A DNA stretch of 64,000 nt from Octopus sinensis (GCF_006345805.1 NC_043000.1:125426001-125490000), one strand, 5' to 3'. Numbered from the stretch's first letter, positions 28,663 through 41,019 are shown. Made by a program: numbers and translations. The notes: generated from the letters alone by a model not told the origin.

Positions 28663-29016
28663 TGGTGTGACTGTGTGGTAAGAAGTTTGCTTCCCAACCA
28701 CATAGTTCCAGGTTCAGTCCCACTGTGTTCCTCCTTGGCCTCAAGCCAACTAAAGCTTGTGAGTGGATTTGGTAGACAGAAACTGAAAGAATCCTGTCGT
28801 GTGTATATATATATATATATATGTATGTATATGTGTCTTTTGTGTTTACATCCCCCATAACTTAGAAGTTCGACAAAAAAGAGACCAATAAAAAAAGTAC
28901 CAGTTTAAAAAAAAAAAATTAAGTACTGGGGTCCATTCATTTGACTAAAAAATTATTCAAGGCAGTGCCCCAGCATGGCCATAGTCTAATGACTGAAACG
29001 AGTAAAAGATAAAAGA
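28663..29016 (+). mobile_element. SINE family A, internally deleted
   Basis: Head, core and gtaaaagataaaaga tail all present. Confidence 0.88.
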
Positions 29017-30143
29017 TCCCTAAATCTCAATGCCTGTTTTATCAGTCTGTCAAGATTTTACTAAAATTTAGTAAACAACCAAGTATGCTTTGAAATATTT
29101 GATTGTAGAAATTTTCTTTTATTCTTCAAAAATCTATCATTGTTTGTGGCGATAAAAACACTGAGAGTTGAGCTGATATAACAGTTCTTATGTCAAACCT
29201 AACTTACTTTAAAGAAAAAAAGATTTCTGATTTCTTATCCTTTATCACTAGTTTCTGAGCTGCATGTGCCAAAAACACTTGTTAGAAGATCTAAGAGGAT
29301 AAATAGTGGTTTTTATGGAGGCAAGAATAATGAGAAAACTTTACCAGTTTTTTTTTGCTTGTGCCAATTATTAAAGTAATGCCAATCTTTATTATATATG
29401 AAGATAAATATTGAGAGACAGATAATCTAAAGTGAAGCATCTAATGGCTCCAGTTTTGTTGACTGAAAAGAAGGAAATAACTAAAATGGGTTCTGCTTTA
29501 TATTCTCTGTTGTTTAGTTAGCAGTTGGAAGGGTGTGTGTTCATGTATAAAAGCAGGAGTCCCAATAACCAACCCCCATCTATACACACACCTAAACGAC
29601 CATGAAGATAGATGAAAAAGAAAAGTTTTCTATTATGTAGAACTTTTTTCAGTTTTTGCAATAAGATGCTAGAAAGAAAAATGGTGGGGAAAAAATTTTT
29701 AAAAAAAGGGACTGCAACAAGATTTTAAGCAATTTTCGAGATGAAAAAATATTAAAGAAAACTCCAACTTCAGTTCCTACTTCAATGGCTCTACTTTATA
29801 TGTAGTAGTTTTACCCCAACTGACATCAAACAATTCATATTTTTTTCATCATCGAATTTCAAATCACCTGTTAAAAACTTTTCATTCTGCTCTATCTACC
29901 ATTCTTCTAAGAATAGTTAATTGATGAAAAATCTGAAAGATCCAACCATGACACTCATGAAAGAAATTCTCCTGTCTCACTATAGGGACAACCATTTTTC
30001 ATTGAGAGTTTTCTTCCTTTTTTTTTTTTAATCCTACTCTTCATCATCATCATCATTATTTCACACAATAACCTCCATTCTCACATTCTCTAAGAATATA
30101 AAACTTGATAAATCTGTAAGATTTCTGAAATGTCTTGTTGCTA

Positions 30144-30344
30144 AGGTAGTGAGCTGGCAGAAATGTTAGCACACCGGGCAAAATGCTTAGCAGTATTTTG
30201 TCTGTCTTTACATTCTGAGTTCAACTTAGCCTTTCATCCTTTTGGGGTCAATAAACTAAGTACCACTTGCGTACTGGGGTCAATCAAATTGACTGGCCCC
30301 CTCCCCCAAAATTTCGGGCCTTGTACCTAGAGTAGAAAAGAATA
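30144..30344 (+). mobile_element. SINE family B with target-site duplication
   Basis: TSD tcttgttgcta at 30133-30143 and 30345-30355. Confidence 0.9.
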
Positions 30345-30544
30345 TCTTGTTGCTACAGTGATATGCTTCTAGTACAATGGGTCAGAGAGTTTTCACTTGT
30401 GCTGCATGATTAGTGTAAGAAAGTAATTCTTTACACTGCTCCAGTTAATAATCAAAATAGTTCATTAAGAAAACAAGATAAGAGCTTTTTCCATAACATT
30501 TAAAATAATACCTCAGAACAGTAGCTTATAGTTTTGATAATTAT

Positions 30545-30866
30545 CTTTTTACTTGCTTAAGTCATTGGACTGTGGCCATGCTGGAACATGGAAGGGCTTT
30601 TAGTTAAACAAATCAAGTCTTGTAATTTTAAGTCTGGAGCTTATTCTATTAGTCTCTTTTGATGAACCTCTCAGTAATGAAGTGGGAGGTGGGGCAAACA
30701 CACACACAAAGTGGGCTTCCACACAGTTTTTATCTACCAAATGCACTCACAAAGCAGTGGTCAACCTGGGGCTATATTAGATGACATTTACCCAAGGTGC
30801 TGCACAGTAGGACTGAACCCAAAACCACGTGGTTGCAAATGAGCTTCCTAACCACACAGCCATACT
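30545..30866 (-). mobile_element. SINE family A, diverged
   Basis: ttttacttgcttaagtcattggactgtggccatgctgg...accacacagccatac. Confidence 0.8.
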
Positions 30867-30980
30867 TGTAACTATTAACAAGGTTTTTATTTATTTTTGG
30901 TATCCTTTTACATCACACTCCAGTAAAAGATACTTAGAATAAAATTTGAATCTTGAAGTCATTATGAATAGTATTATAGT

Positions 30981-31475
30981 ATGCTGGTGCCACATAATAT
31001 GCACTGATGATAGTGTCACATAAAAAGCATTGATGCTGGTGCCATGTCAAAAAGCACCAATGATGGTGCCACATAATATGCACTGATGATAGTGCCACAT
31101 AAAAAGCACTGATGCTGGTGCCTTGTCAAAAGCACCGGTGATGGTGCTACATAGAAAGTACTGATGGTGCCACATAGAAAGTACACATTAAAAGCACTGA
31201 TGATGGTGCCACGTAAACAGCACTGATGATGGTGCCACATAAAAAGCACTGATGATGGTGCCACATAATAAGCATTGATGCTGGTGCCATGTTTGAATCA
31301 CTCAATACACTCTGTAAAGTGGTTGGTGTTAGGAAGGACATCCAGCTATAGAAACTTAACCAAAACAGACTTTGGAACCTGGTGTAGCCCATGGCCTTGC
31401 CAGCTCCTGCCAAGCTATCCAATCCATGCCAGCTTGGAAAATGGATCGTTAAGTAATGACAATGAGGAGGAGGGG
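30981..31475 (+). mobile_element. SINE family C with expanded ~26-bp minisatellite (about 12 units, 30981-31291)
   Basis: Unit gatggtgccacataaaaagcactgat, followed by the family-C tail. Confidence 0.88.
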
Positions 31476-32267
31476 TCAATGTAAATACCGTGAAACCACG
31501 AGTTTAGAAATTGTTTTCTTCCTAACATTATTGAAACCATCTGTGTGGATACCCTACAATGTATCTCAGGAGGACACTCATACTCTGCTTTATGAAACTT
31601 AAGGAAAGTCAGAAACTCTGCACCATTTAATCAAACAAAATTTCCTAACTTCATTATCGTTCTCCAAATTGGTTTTTGCAATTTTCTCACTAATACTGGG
31701 AAATTTAGAATTCCCAAATAATAGTAATTGCATTAGGTCCACACATGCAAACCTACATTAGTTTACAGAAATAAGAGTATATATATGTATATGTAGAAAA
31801 AAATCTATGTTTCAAATTTGGAATCTTTTTATTAGTACTTTTTTTTCCCCGCTAGATTGACTCAATTCTTTATCATTTAGCAATATTAAAAAGGCAGATT
31901 CACAGAACATCATATATGAGAATCTCTTCCATTGAAGAGTTCAAAAAAAAATTAGATACCTTCCTTTGCTAAGACTATATATTTTTAAAATTATAGTTAA
32001 TGTACTCTTTGTACCTAATGTACTTCATTAAACTTTATATTACTCTGTTTCAAATTATATCAGCTGCAAAAGCAGAGCTTTTAAATTAGCAAATAGTAAA
32101 ACCTGTGAATATATTTCTCATCATCTTCATTACTATATTTTTCATCTCACTGAGTTGAACTAAAATCTTATTTCGTAGAGTAGAACAAAAATTAGTTTTT
32201 TTTCATCTCATAGGGTGGAACAAAAATCTCAGGATGATTTCCGCTTATATTCATTAAGCCACACAGA

Positions 32268-32643
32268 CTCTTTTACTCGTTTCAGTCATTTGACTGCGGC
32301 CGTGCTGGAGTACCGCCTTTAGTTGAGCAAATCGACCCCAGGACTTATTCTTTGTAAGCCTAGTACTTATTTTATCGGTCTCTTTTGCTGAACCGCTAAG
32401 TTACGGGGATGTAAACACACCAGCATTGGTTGTCAAGCAATGTTGGGGGGACAAACACAGACACACACACACATATATACGACAGGCTTCTTTCAGCTTC
32501 CATCTACCAAATCCACTCACAAGGCTTTGGTCAGCCTGAGGCTATCGTAGAAGACACTTGCCCAAGGTGCCATGTAGTGGGACTGAACCCGGAACCATGT
32601 GGTTGATAAGCAAGCTACTTACCACACAGCTACTCCTGCACCT
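32268..32643 (-). mobile_element. SINE family A, full length
   Basis: Near reverse complement of 21908-22302. Confidence 0.92.
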
Positions 32644-32727
32644 GACGTTAACTAATCTCAAGCTTCATTAGTACTTAGATAGTTGACTGCTTGGAAAAGC
32701 TAGGTACAGTAAGCATCTTACTTTTTA

Positions 32728-33120
32728 GGCACAGGAGTGGTTGTGTGGTAAGCAGTTAGATTCTCAACCACATGGTTCTGGGTTCAGTCCTACTGTGTTG
32801 TACCTTGAACATGTGAGTTCTACTATAGCCTTGATTTGACCAAAGCCTTGTGAGCAGATTTGGTAGGCAGAAACAGGAAGAAACTTCTAGTTATGTGTGT
32901 GTGTGTGTTTGTGCCTGTATTTGTTCCCCACCACCGCTTGACAGCTGGTGCTGGTTGTGTTTATGTCCCATAACATAGCAGTTTAGCAAAAGAGATCAAT
33001 AGAAAAAGTACCAGGCTTTAAAAAAAAAAAAGCACTGGGGCCAATTCGTTCAACTAAAATCCTTCACGACAGTGCTCCAGCATGGCCGCAGTCAAATAAC
33101 TGAAACAAGTAAAAGATAAA
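32728..33120 (+). mobile_element. SINE family A, full length
   Basis: ggcacaggagtggttgtgtggtaag...actgaaacaagtaaaagataaa. Confidence 0.9.
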
Positions 33121-33661
33121 GAAACAATAAAAAATTATAACATCATGTTCCTTTTTTGGCATTGATTAGGTGTGTTCCACTGTCTAATATCGATATTCTT
33201 CACAATTATCTTTTATTATCTCATCCATAAAGCCCAACAACTTGAAAACCGATGTTCTATGTTTAATATTCTATACATTTTTATTAGGAAATTTTGCTGA
33301 GAATGGATTTTTGTTTTCGTTAGCTGTCATGTTAAATTCATCAGTGACAGGAATGCAGTTGTTTCAAAAATCCTATCAAGTTAATAATTTCCTTTTATTG
33401 CCAGCTGTTAGAAGCAAAACTAAATATGATTATCTAGATAATAAACACAATATTAACTAATCACATATTTGCAGTGTTTTTATTTGATACAACTTTGTCA
33501 TTTTGTGTGTTGACTATGAGAAATGCATCATTTAACTAGTTGTAACTAGATTAGGAATACCTTTATACATCTCTTAATCATTTTCTACCACCTGATGTCA
33601 AAAATGGAGTAAAAGAACATGCTTTATTGGTTTCTTTCAAAGTCTTTGTAATTTTAATGAT

Positions 33662-34036
33662 AAAATGAGAACTCAGAGAGCACAAACCTCCGCCAAGGCA
33701 AGACCAACGTCCTCTCAACGATTAGCCGGAGATGATTTTTAAAATGAGAATATCTGAAATAAACTCGACTGCTCTCACAAATGAGAATACTAAAAATGAA
33801 CCCGCCTGCTCTCAAAAATTAAGTAAAAAAACAAACAAACAGAAAAAGTAATCTAGAATCCTTATCCGGTACCAGATCAATCCCCAAATCTAATCAGTTC
33901 GTGCCAGTCATGAGGCCAAACATCCCTGAAAGTTTCATCCGAATCTATCCAGTGGTTCTTGAGATATCTTGTCCATGGACAAACAAACAAACACGACAGA
34001 AAACAATACCTCCACCTTCACTAAGGCAAAGGTAGT
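33662..34036 (+). mobile_element. Helentron-associated non-autonomous element (HINE/DINE-like)
   Basis: 5' ctcagagagcacaaacctccgccaaggc, internal gaaagtttcatccgaatctatccagtggttcttgagatatc, (ACAA)n, 3' stem-loop acctccaccttcactaaggcaaaggt. Confidence 0.7.
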
Positions 34037-34052
34037 AGTAATAATAATAATA

Positions 34053-34541
34053 ATCCTTTCCAATTTTGGTACAAGGTCAGCAATTCTGAGTAGTGGTGGT
34101 GGGGGGGGGGATCAAGTCAATTGCATTGACCCCACTACTTGACTGGTATTTCATTTTAATCAACCCTAGTAGAGTGAGCACAAAGGTAACTTCAGCAGGA
34201 TTTGAACTCAGAAAGTGAAGAGTTGGAAGAAATGTGTCTAAGCTTTTTACCCAACATGCTTATTGTTGTTATTGTTATTATTATTATTATTACTATTAAT
34301 GATAATAATTTATTTTATCTTATCACTTCTTGGCCTTTTGGCTAAAATCAAAGTGTATTATTATTATTATTATTATTATTAATGACAATAATAATAATAA
34401 TAATCCATTTTATTATAGGCATAAGACCTGAAATTTGGTGGGAGGGGACTAGTCGATTACATCTACCCCAGTGTTTCAGTGGTGAAATACCGCTAAGCAT
34501 CTCATCCAGCATGCTAACGATTCTGCCAGCTTGCCGCCTTA

Positions 34542-34572
<31 letters not shown>

Positions 34573-34756
34573 GTTTCAAATTTTGCCACAAGGACAGCTA
34601 TTTTGGGGAGGGGATGAGTCGATTACTACATTGACCCCAGTGTTCAACTGGTATTTGTTTTATCGACCCCAAAAGGATGAAAGGCAAAGTTGAACCCAGA
34701 ATGTGTCAGCAGACAAGCATTTCCCCCAGCGTGCTAACAACTCTACCAGCTCACCA
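34053..34756 (-). mobile_element. Three SINE-B copies within (AAT)n/(ATT)n tracts
   Basis: Units at about 34053-34260, 34403-34540 (internally deleted) and 34571-34756. Confidence 0.85.
34322..34357 (+). pseudogene. U2: U2 snRNA 5' fragment (about nt 1-35)
   Basis: atcacttcttggccttttggctaaaatcaaagtgta versus U2 ATCGCTTCTCGGCCTTTTGGCTAAGATCAAGTGTA: three substitutions and one inserted A; runs straight into (TTA)n. Confidence 0.85.
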
Positions 34757-35218
34757 ATAATAATAATAATGATTTCATTTATTTGCCACCAGCTAATAAT
34801 ACTTGTTTAAGCACCACCACTTGAGATATTTAAACTTGCTAATAACAAAGCACACAAACACAGAAGGGTGGGGGGTCTTTACTTAATCTTTCTTAGTTTA
34901 ATTAATCAGCATTTTAACTTGACAATGATTGTATGTTGGTATAACATAGATTTGGCCATGTTTAGATTTAGAGGGAGAAATATATCAGATTTATTACTCT
35001 TGATTTATTGGAAATTGTAAATACTCGTAATTGTTATGGATTTTAGTCACTGGACCGTGTGCATGCTGGGGCACCAACTTTTATAGGCTTACTCCATCAA
35101 ATTGACTCCAGTACTGTTTTAAGGTCGGATGTTTCTTTTTGCTGAACTTTAAGTTACAGGGATGTAAGCAAACCAACACTGGTTGTCAAGTGGTGAGACA
35201 CATACACAGGTAGGCATA

Positions 35219-35627
35219 TGCCATATTTTAACGTATATAAGGAACCCTTTTATGTCAAAAATTGGGTTTAAAAAAATGGGAGTTTCTTGTACATGGATAG
35301 TATTATAATCCAGAAAATTACTATTTTGAAATCTCACAATGAGAGATATTCAGCAACTTTGGAGTAAAGATTATTTGCCAACATAACATGGCAGTCCTGG
35401 TTTAGGACAAACGTTGCTGTAATTTAGTCCCAGGAGACATTGTTGTATAGCCTGCTGGAGACGATGTCTCCTATGGCTAAATTACAGCAACATTTGTCCT
35501 AAACCAGGACTGCCATGTTATATTGGCAAACAATCTTTACTGTATATTATAATCCCTTATAAAACCTTTGTTCCAAATTTTATGCCCCCAAAATTAGGAG
35601 GTTCCTTATATACAGTAAAATACTGTA
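35219..35627. mobile_element. Tc1/pogo-like MITE
   Basis: TIRs tgccatattttaacgtatataaggaacc / ggttccttatatacagtaaaatactgta in a TA context. Confidence 0.7.
35363..35541. mobile_element. Foldback (near-palindromic) MITE
   Basis: ~80-bp arms: agtaaagattatttgccaacataacatggcagtcctggtttaggacaaa... and its reverse complement. Confidence 0.8.
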
Positions 35628-36638
35628 TATGTACATACATACATACATACATACAGAGAGAAAGACAGACAGAGAATAGATATGTACATGCAACAAACTT
35701 CAACATAGTTTCCATTTACTAGATTAACTTACATGTCAGTGATCAACCTAGATCTGTTGTAGACTATGGAAATGAAACTAAAAATACATGGTTGTTAAGT
35801 GAACTTCTGAACTACACAGCCATACCTATGGCAAAAAGTGTTGAAGTATTTTGACCTGGGGGTGATGCATTTTGACTTGCATCAGAATTCGATAAGTGTG
35901 GATAAAAAGTTGTCTAAATTTAATAGTAGTTTCTAGGTACGGTTTCAGGTTTTTTTGTTTCCACGAAGGATATACGTTGTGCAAAAAAAAACAAAAAAAC
36001 AAAAAGAAACTATCATAATTTAAGTTATATAAACTATTTGAAAGTAAGCATTTTTGCAATCTACCCAATCTACCCCCCTCCTTTTTTAAGTGAATTTATA
36101 ACTGAAAAATATTTACAAATAAAATTTGTAGTTTTCTCTTAACTGTCAGATGGATGATGAAGTATCACAAACAAATGGTAACTCACTATGCTGTATTTCT
36201 CCATAAAATGATCTTACATTATGAAAGCAGAGAAATATAAATATCAGCAGATTACTTGTATATCTTATAGTTTGATTTAAATTTTTGTATAGACTTGAAA
36301 TCAGATTGGGAAAGCTTTTAGGAGTCCTTCCTTTATTCTCAATTGGGAAATTTTGTGGTGAAATTTAATTGTTATATTGACAGAAAATATAGAAATTGCA
36401 TCCTAAAATGATTTTCTTATTTTCCTTTCCTTTTTAATGTTTTTCCTAAATTTATTTCATCAAATTTAATTTCAGAAAATTCCTTTGGATTTGTACTTTT
36501 ATTGTCATGTTACTTTACAAAACTTGTGAAGTAGTAATGCTTGCTTGGCTGTATGGTTAAGAAACTTGTGCAAACACAGGGTTTTCAGGTTCAATGTCTT
36601 CTACTATAGCCCTGGGTCAACCCAATACCTTGTGAGTG

Positions 36639-36830
36639 AATTTACTAGACAGACACTGTATGAAAGTCTATACATATTGTTGTGCTCCAGTATGGCTGCA
36701 GTCAAATGACTGAAACACGTAAAAGAATAAAAGAATGTTTATTCTTTTACTTGTTTCAGTCATTTGACTGCAGCCATGCTGGAGCACAACAATATGTATG
36801 GACTTTCATACAGTGTCTGTCTAGCAAATT
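36639..36830. repeat. Inverted duplication of a deleted SINE-A segment (93-bp arms, 6-nt loop)
   Basis: Arms 36639-36731 and 36738-36830 differ at 4 positions. Confidence 0.92.
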
Positions 36831-38109
36831 GGGTCATCCCATAAATAATGCATTTTTTTCAAAATTAAGATAAACGAATTTCCTTTTTAATCTAAAATAT
36901 ACTCCTCTTCATTTTCTACAATGCTCTTCCATCTATCTGGTAGACTTGCAAGGTGCCTCTTCCAAAATTCATTTGTCTGTAATGAAAAATACTCCATTGG
37001 TACTGTTCTATCCTCATTTACAGAATTCATATTTTTGCCGTCCAAATGATTTTGAAGACTGCAGAATAAATGATAATCAGATGGGGCAATGTCCGGCGAA
37101 TATGGTGGGTGGGGCATCATTTCCAATTCAAACTGTTCCAGTCTTTGGAATGTCATCCTTACTGTTTGTGGCTGAGCATTATCCTGATGGAAGAACACCT
37201 CTCATCTTCAATACCAAAGATGATTGTTTTTCTTCTAGACTTAAGCCGCTCAAGCTGCTCGCAGTAGATCTTCTTTATCATAATTTGGTTTGGGTTTAAA
37301 ATTTCAAAATGGACTAAACCTTTAATATCCTACCAAACAGATAACAACACCTTATGTGGGTAAAAACTTTCTTTAGGCTGGGGTGATGGTGTTTCTCCTC
37401 TCCTTACCTATTGTCTTTGACACTTGACATTTGTATAGAGAACTCATTTCTCATTACCAGTCACTATGCTGTCCAAAAAAGGTTCATTCGTGAGACATGA
37501 CAGCAAAGAAGAGCACACATTCACTCTGCATGAGATTAGACTCAGAAAGTTTGTGAAGAACCCATTGACCCAATTTGCTGACATTTCCAATGGCATGCAG
37601 GTGTCAATGACCAAATCCAAGCTTCTCTGCTAGTTATTCAACAGTTATAATGGGATTTTGTTATGCCAGGGTTTTTAGGACATCCTCGTCGAGCTCTACA
37701 GTTCTTCTAGGACAAGACTTGTCTTCTAGGCTATAATTTCTGGCTTGGAATATCTGGAACCACCGTTGACACTGGCTTATGCTTAGTGTCCAATCCCCAT
37801 ATACTGCATTATTATTCCTCGCACTTTCTGATGCATTGTTGCCTTTATTGAACTCATAAAGCAAAATATGCCAAATTTGCTCCTTTGTCACTTCCATTAT
37901 AGCTTTGAATAAATAACTTAAAATCAAACTGCACTCTTTAAAACTTGCACTAAGAATAAGCACAAGGTAAAATTACTACCCGCTTTTATAGCAAGTTGAT
38001 GCAGGTAGTTTATCCTACCCACCTCCAACTTCTAGTTCATACAATTGAAAAAAGCATATTATTAACTGGATGACCCAGTATATATATATATATTTATGGG
38101 ATGACCCAG
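36829..38109 (-). mobile_element. Mariner (Tc1/mariner) transposon, ~1.28 kb, non-functional
   Basis: TIR tgggtcatcccataaata (36830-36847) / tatttatgggatgaccca (38091-38108); encloses transposase remnants. Confidence 0.93.
36887..37897 (-). pseudogene. Mariner transposase pseudogene
   Basis: N-terminal HTH MEVTKEQIWHILLYEFNKGNNASESARN..CQRWF; C-terminal FHQDNAQPQ..HPPYSPDIAPSDYHLF; stops and frameshifts in between. Confidence 0.93.
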
Positions 38110-38324
38110 TATATATATATATATATAAGTTTCAGCAATGTAAACTACACATGATGTGTTGGCGATTTCTTTTCCTTCTTTGGACTTTTCCATTTCTCCT
38201 TTCTGATGGACAGCTATGCTCAAAATGTCAAACTCTCCTTTTTACCAAGCATCAACCTAATACATCTCTTATGCATGTCCTCATGTTGTCTGTTTTTATT
38301 TGTTTATTTGATTTGACTATATAT

Positions 38325-38512
38325 ATGTGTGTGTGTGTGTTTGTGTCCAGTGTTGATTTATGTTCCCATAACTGAGCAGTTTATCAAAAGAGATTGATAT
38401 AATAAGTACCAAACTTTAAAAACTAAGTACTGGGATTAATTTGCTTGACCAAACCATTCAAGGTGGTCTCCCAGCACGGCTGCAGTCCAATGACTGAAAC
38501 AAGTAAAAGATC
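38325..38512 (+). mobile_element. SINE family A, 3' half
   Basis: (TG)n, ccataactgagcagttt...ccagcacggctgcagtccaatgactgaaacaagtaaaaga. Confidence 0.8.
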
Positions 38513-39709
38513 AAACATATATCTCAGTGAGGAGTTAATATTTGGGAGAAATGTACGAAGTATTGCTGTTTATCACTTTTGCTATGTAGGTTATCTTTTT
38601 TGTATTGGAATCCTCCATTTTTTCTCTCTTCATATTCCCATTGCTTTTGAAAATCTAAGGGACAATAATATTAAAAAATATTTTTTGCATTCTAATGTTT
38701 TCCATTATCAGAGTCTTCTCAGTATCTGCTTGCATTTAGTATTCTTCCTAGTTTTAAAATCTTTAAGAATGGAATTTCTATAGAGAAGGAATGTTGTGGA
38801 ATATGTTGTCAACTGTCTTTTGCACTGTGATTAAGTATGTCTGTCAAAGGATTCAAAGAATGATGATAAAATTTTTAAAAAATTGAAATATCTTGGTAAA
38901 TGTATGCCATAGTTAGATAAATACTTTAAATCAAACTGTGGACTTAATAACCAAGCAGAAAAAATTAATAAAACAAATATCTTCAATTTCTAAAATAAGA
39001 ACTACAGATTTTAACCACAGTAGGCAAGGATCGTTAGACATAATTAATCTTTATTGATACAGTTGTGGCATTTCCATTTTTCATAACAATCTCCAACTAC
39101 TCTGTTAATCATATGCTTATATTGAAGGCCGCTCATTTTGCATTAAGAATAGAATCTTCAGCTTAAATTACTTAGAATTTTGGTTTAGATGAACATAAAG
39201 CATCTAGTTTAGAACACCTGTTTCAATGATTTATCTAAATACTTGAAGTCACAAAACAAAGTTCATTGTACCATTGAACAAAAACAGACAGAAAATTTTA
39301 CAAGACAACACATTAACAATACTTCCAAAGTATCAAGCAGAAAAAAATTCATGTAGTAGTTTCTGCAAGTGCAAGCTATTGTTAAAAGGGATGGCTATTT
39401 CTTTCAAGAAATCTATTACACAAGTAATTCCACCAGATGCATAACATTTCTTATATCATTACTGATATATCCTCCATAATTGCAATTTCACAATAATTGC
39501 ACAACCATTCAGCTATGTAAAGGATTCTCAGTACTGATTTTGAATATCTACCTGAATATCGCCTTCTTTGTTAGAATATCTAATTGAAAATAAATTAATA
39601 AACGCAGCATGTACCTAATTCCTTACATTTCATGAGTTTTGATTTGAAAACTGATAAAAATCCCTCATTATTTCTTGCAGTTAATTCAATTTTCATAAAT
39701 GCTCTCACT

Positions 39710-39716
39710 GTATGTA

Positions 39717-39761
<45 letters not shown>

Positions 39762-39850
39762 GTACACACAGACACACACACACACACATGCATATATATA
39801 TATATGTGTGTGGTGTTCATGTGTGTCTTGTGTGTGTGTGTGTGTGTGTG
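39710..39850. repeat. Compound (TG)/(TA)/(CA) microsatellite
   Basis: Direct inspection. Confidence 0.9.
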
Positions 39851-40365
39851 AGTATTATTCTACCGTTGCAATACCTATTCACAGCTGGATGGGCTGTGCC
39901 ATTTTGAAATTAAATATCATGTTGACGGACACAAAGAAGTGATGGTGATTAGATAATAATCACTACATACCACCAGCCTCCCCTTAAAATTCACTTATAT
40001 ACTCTAACGTATAATGAAACCCCATCATGTATTTTTGATTGAAAATCAATGGAACACTGCACTCAACTCATCAAAGCACTGAAATAGATTCAGCAAGCTC
40101 ACCATTCTGTTCAAAGTTATTCAAATTATGTACTAGTGATATATTGGTTCAATTCATCTTCAATAAAATAATACCCTTGTGTTTGGCAAAATAAACTCAC
40201 TATTTATAACTTCAGATATTACAGATATGGCTCTGTAGCTTTGCAACCAAGTGATTTTGGGTTCAGTTCCCATACAATGCAGTTTGGGCAAGTGGTTTTC
40301 TGTAATCCCAGGCCAACCAAAGGCTTGTGAATGAATTTGTTTGACAAAACTGAAAAGGAGCCTGC

Positions 40366-40528
40366 ATGTATGTCAATATATGTGCATGGATGGATGTGTG
40401 TGTGTGTATGTATGTATGTATGTATGTATGTATGTATGTATGTATGTATGTATGTATGTATGTATGTATGTGTGTATGTATGTATGTATGTATGTATGTG
40501 TATATATATGTATGTATGTATGTATGTG

Positions 40529-40559
<31 letters not shown>

Positions 40560-40560
40560 G

Positions 40561-40591
<31 letters not shown>

Positions 40592-40809
40592 GTATATATA
40601 TATGTATGTATGTATGTATGTGTATATATATGTATGTATGTATGTGTATATATATGTATGTATGTATGTGTATATATATGTATGTATGTATGTATGTGTA
40701 TATATATATATGTATGTATGTATGTATGTGTATATATATTATGTATGTATGTGTGTATATATGTATGTATGTATGTGTGTATATATGTATGTATGTATGT
40801 ATGTATGTG

Positions 40810-40840
<31 letters not shown>

Positions 40841-40987
40841 GTATATATATGTATGTATGTGTATGTATATATATGTATGTATGTATGTGTATTATATGTA
40901 TGTATGTATATGTGTATATATATGTATGTATGTATGTATGTATATGTATGTGTATGTATATATATGTATGTTGTATGTATGTATGTG

Positions 40988-41019
<32 letters not shown>

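Larger units (their letters stand above)
35040..35826 (-). mobile_element. SINE family A interrupted by nested MITEs
   Basis: 3' half at 35040-35215 and 5' half at 35630-35826. Confidence 0.75.

Noticed and set aside
29199-29225. Minus-strand recursive-site look-alike (tttttttctttaaagtaagtt)
   Set aside because: The AG and GT share one G, so splicing at the AG would not regenerate a donor.
30981-31291. CRISPR-like regular repeats
   Set aside because: Units are contiguous with no unique spacers, there are no cas genes, and the array is part of a eukaryotic SINE.
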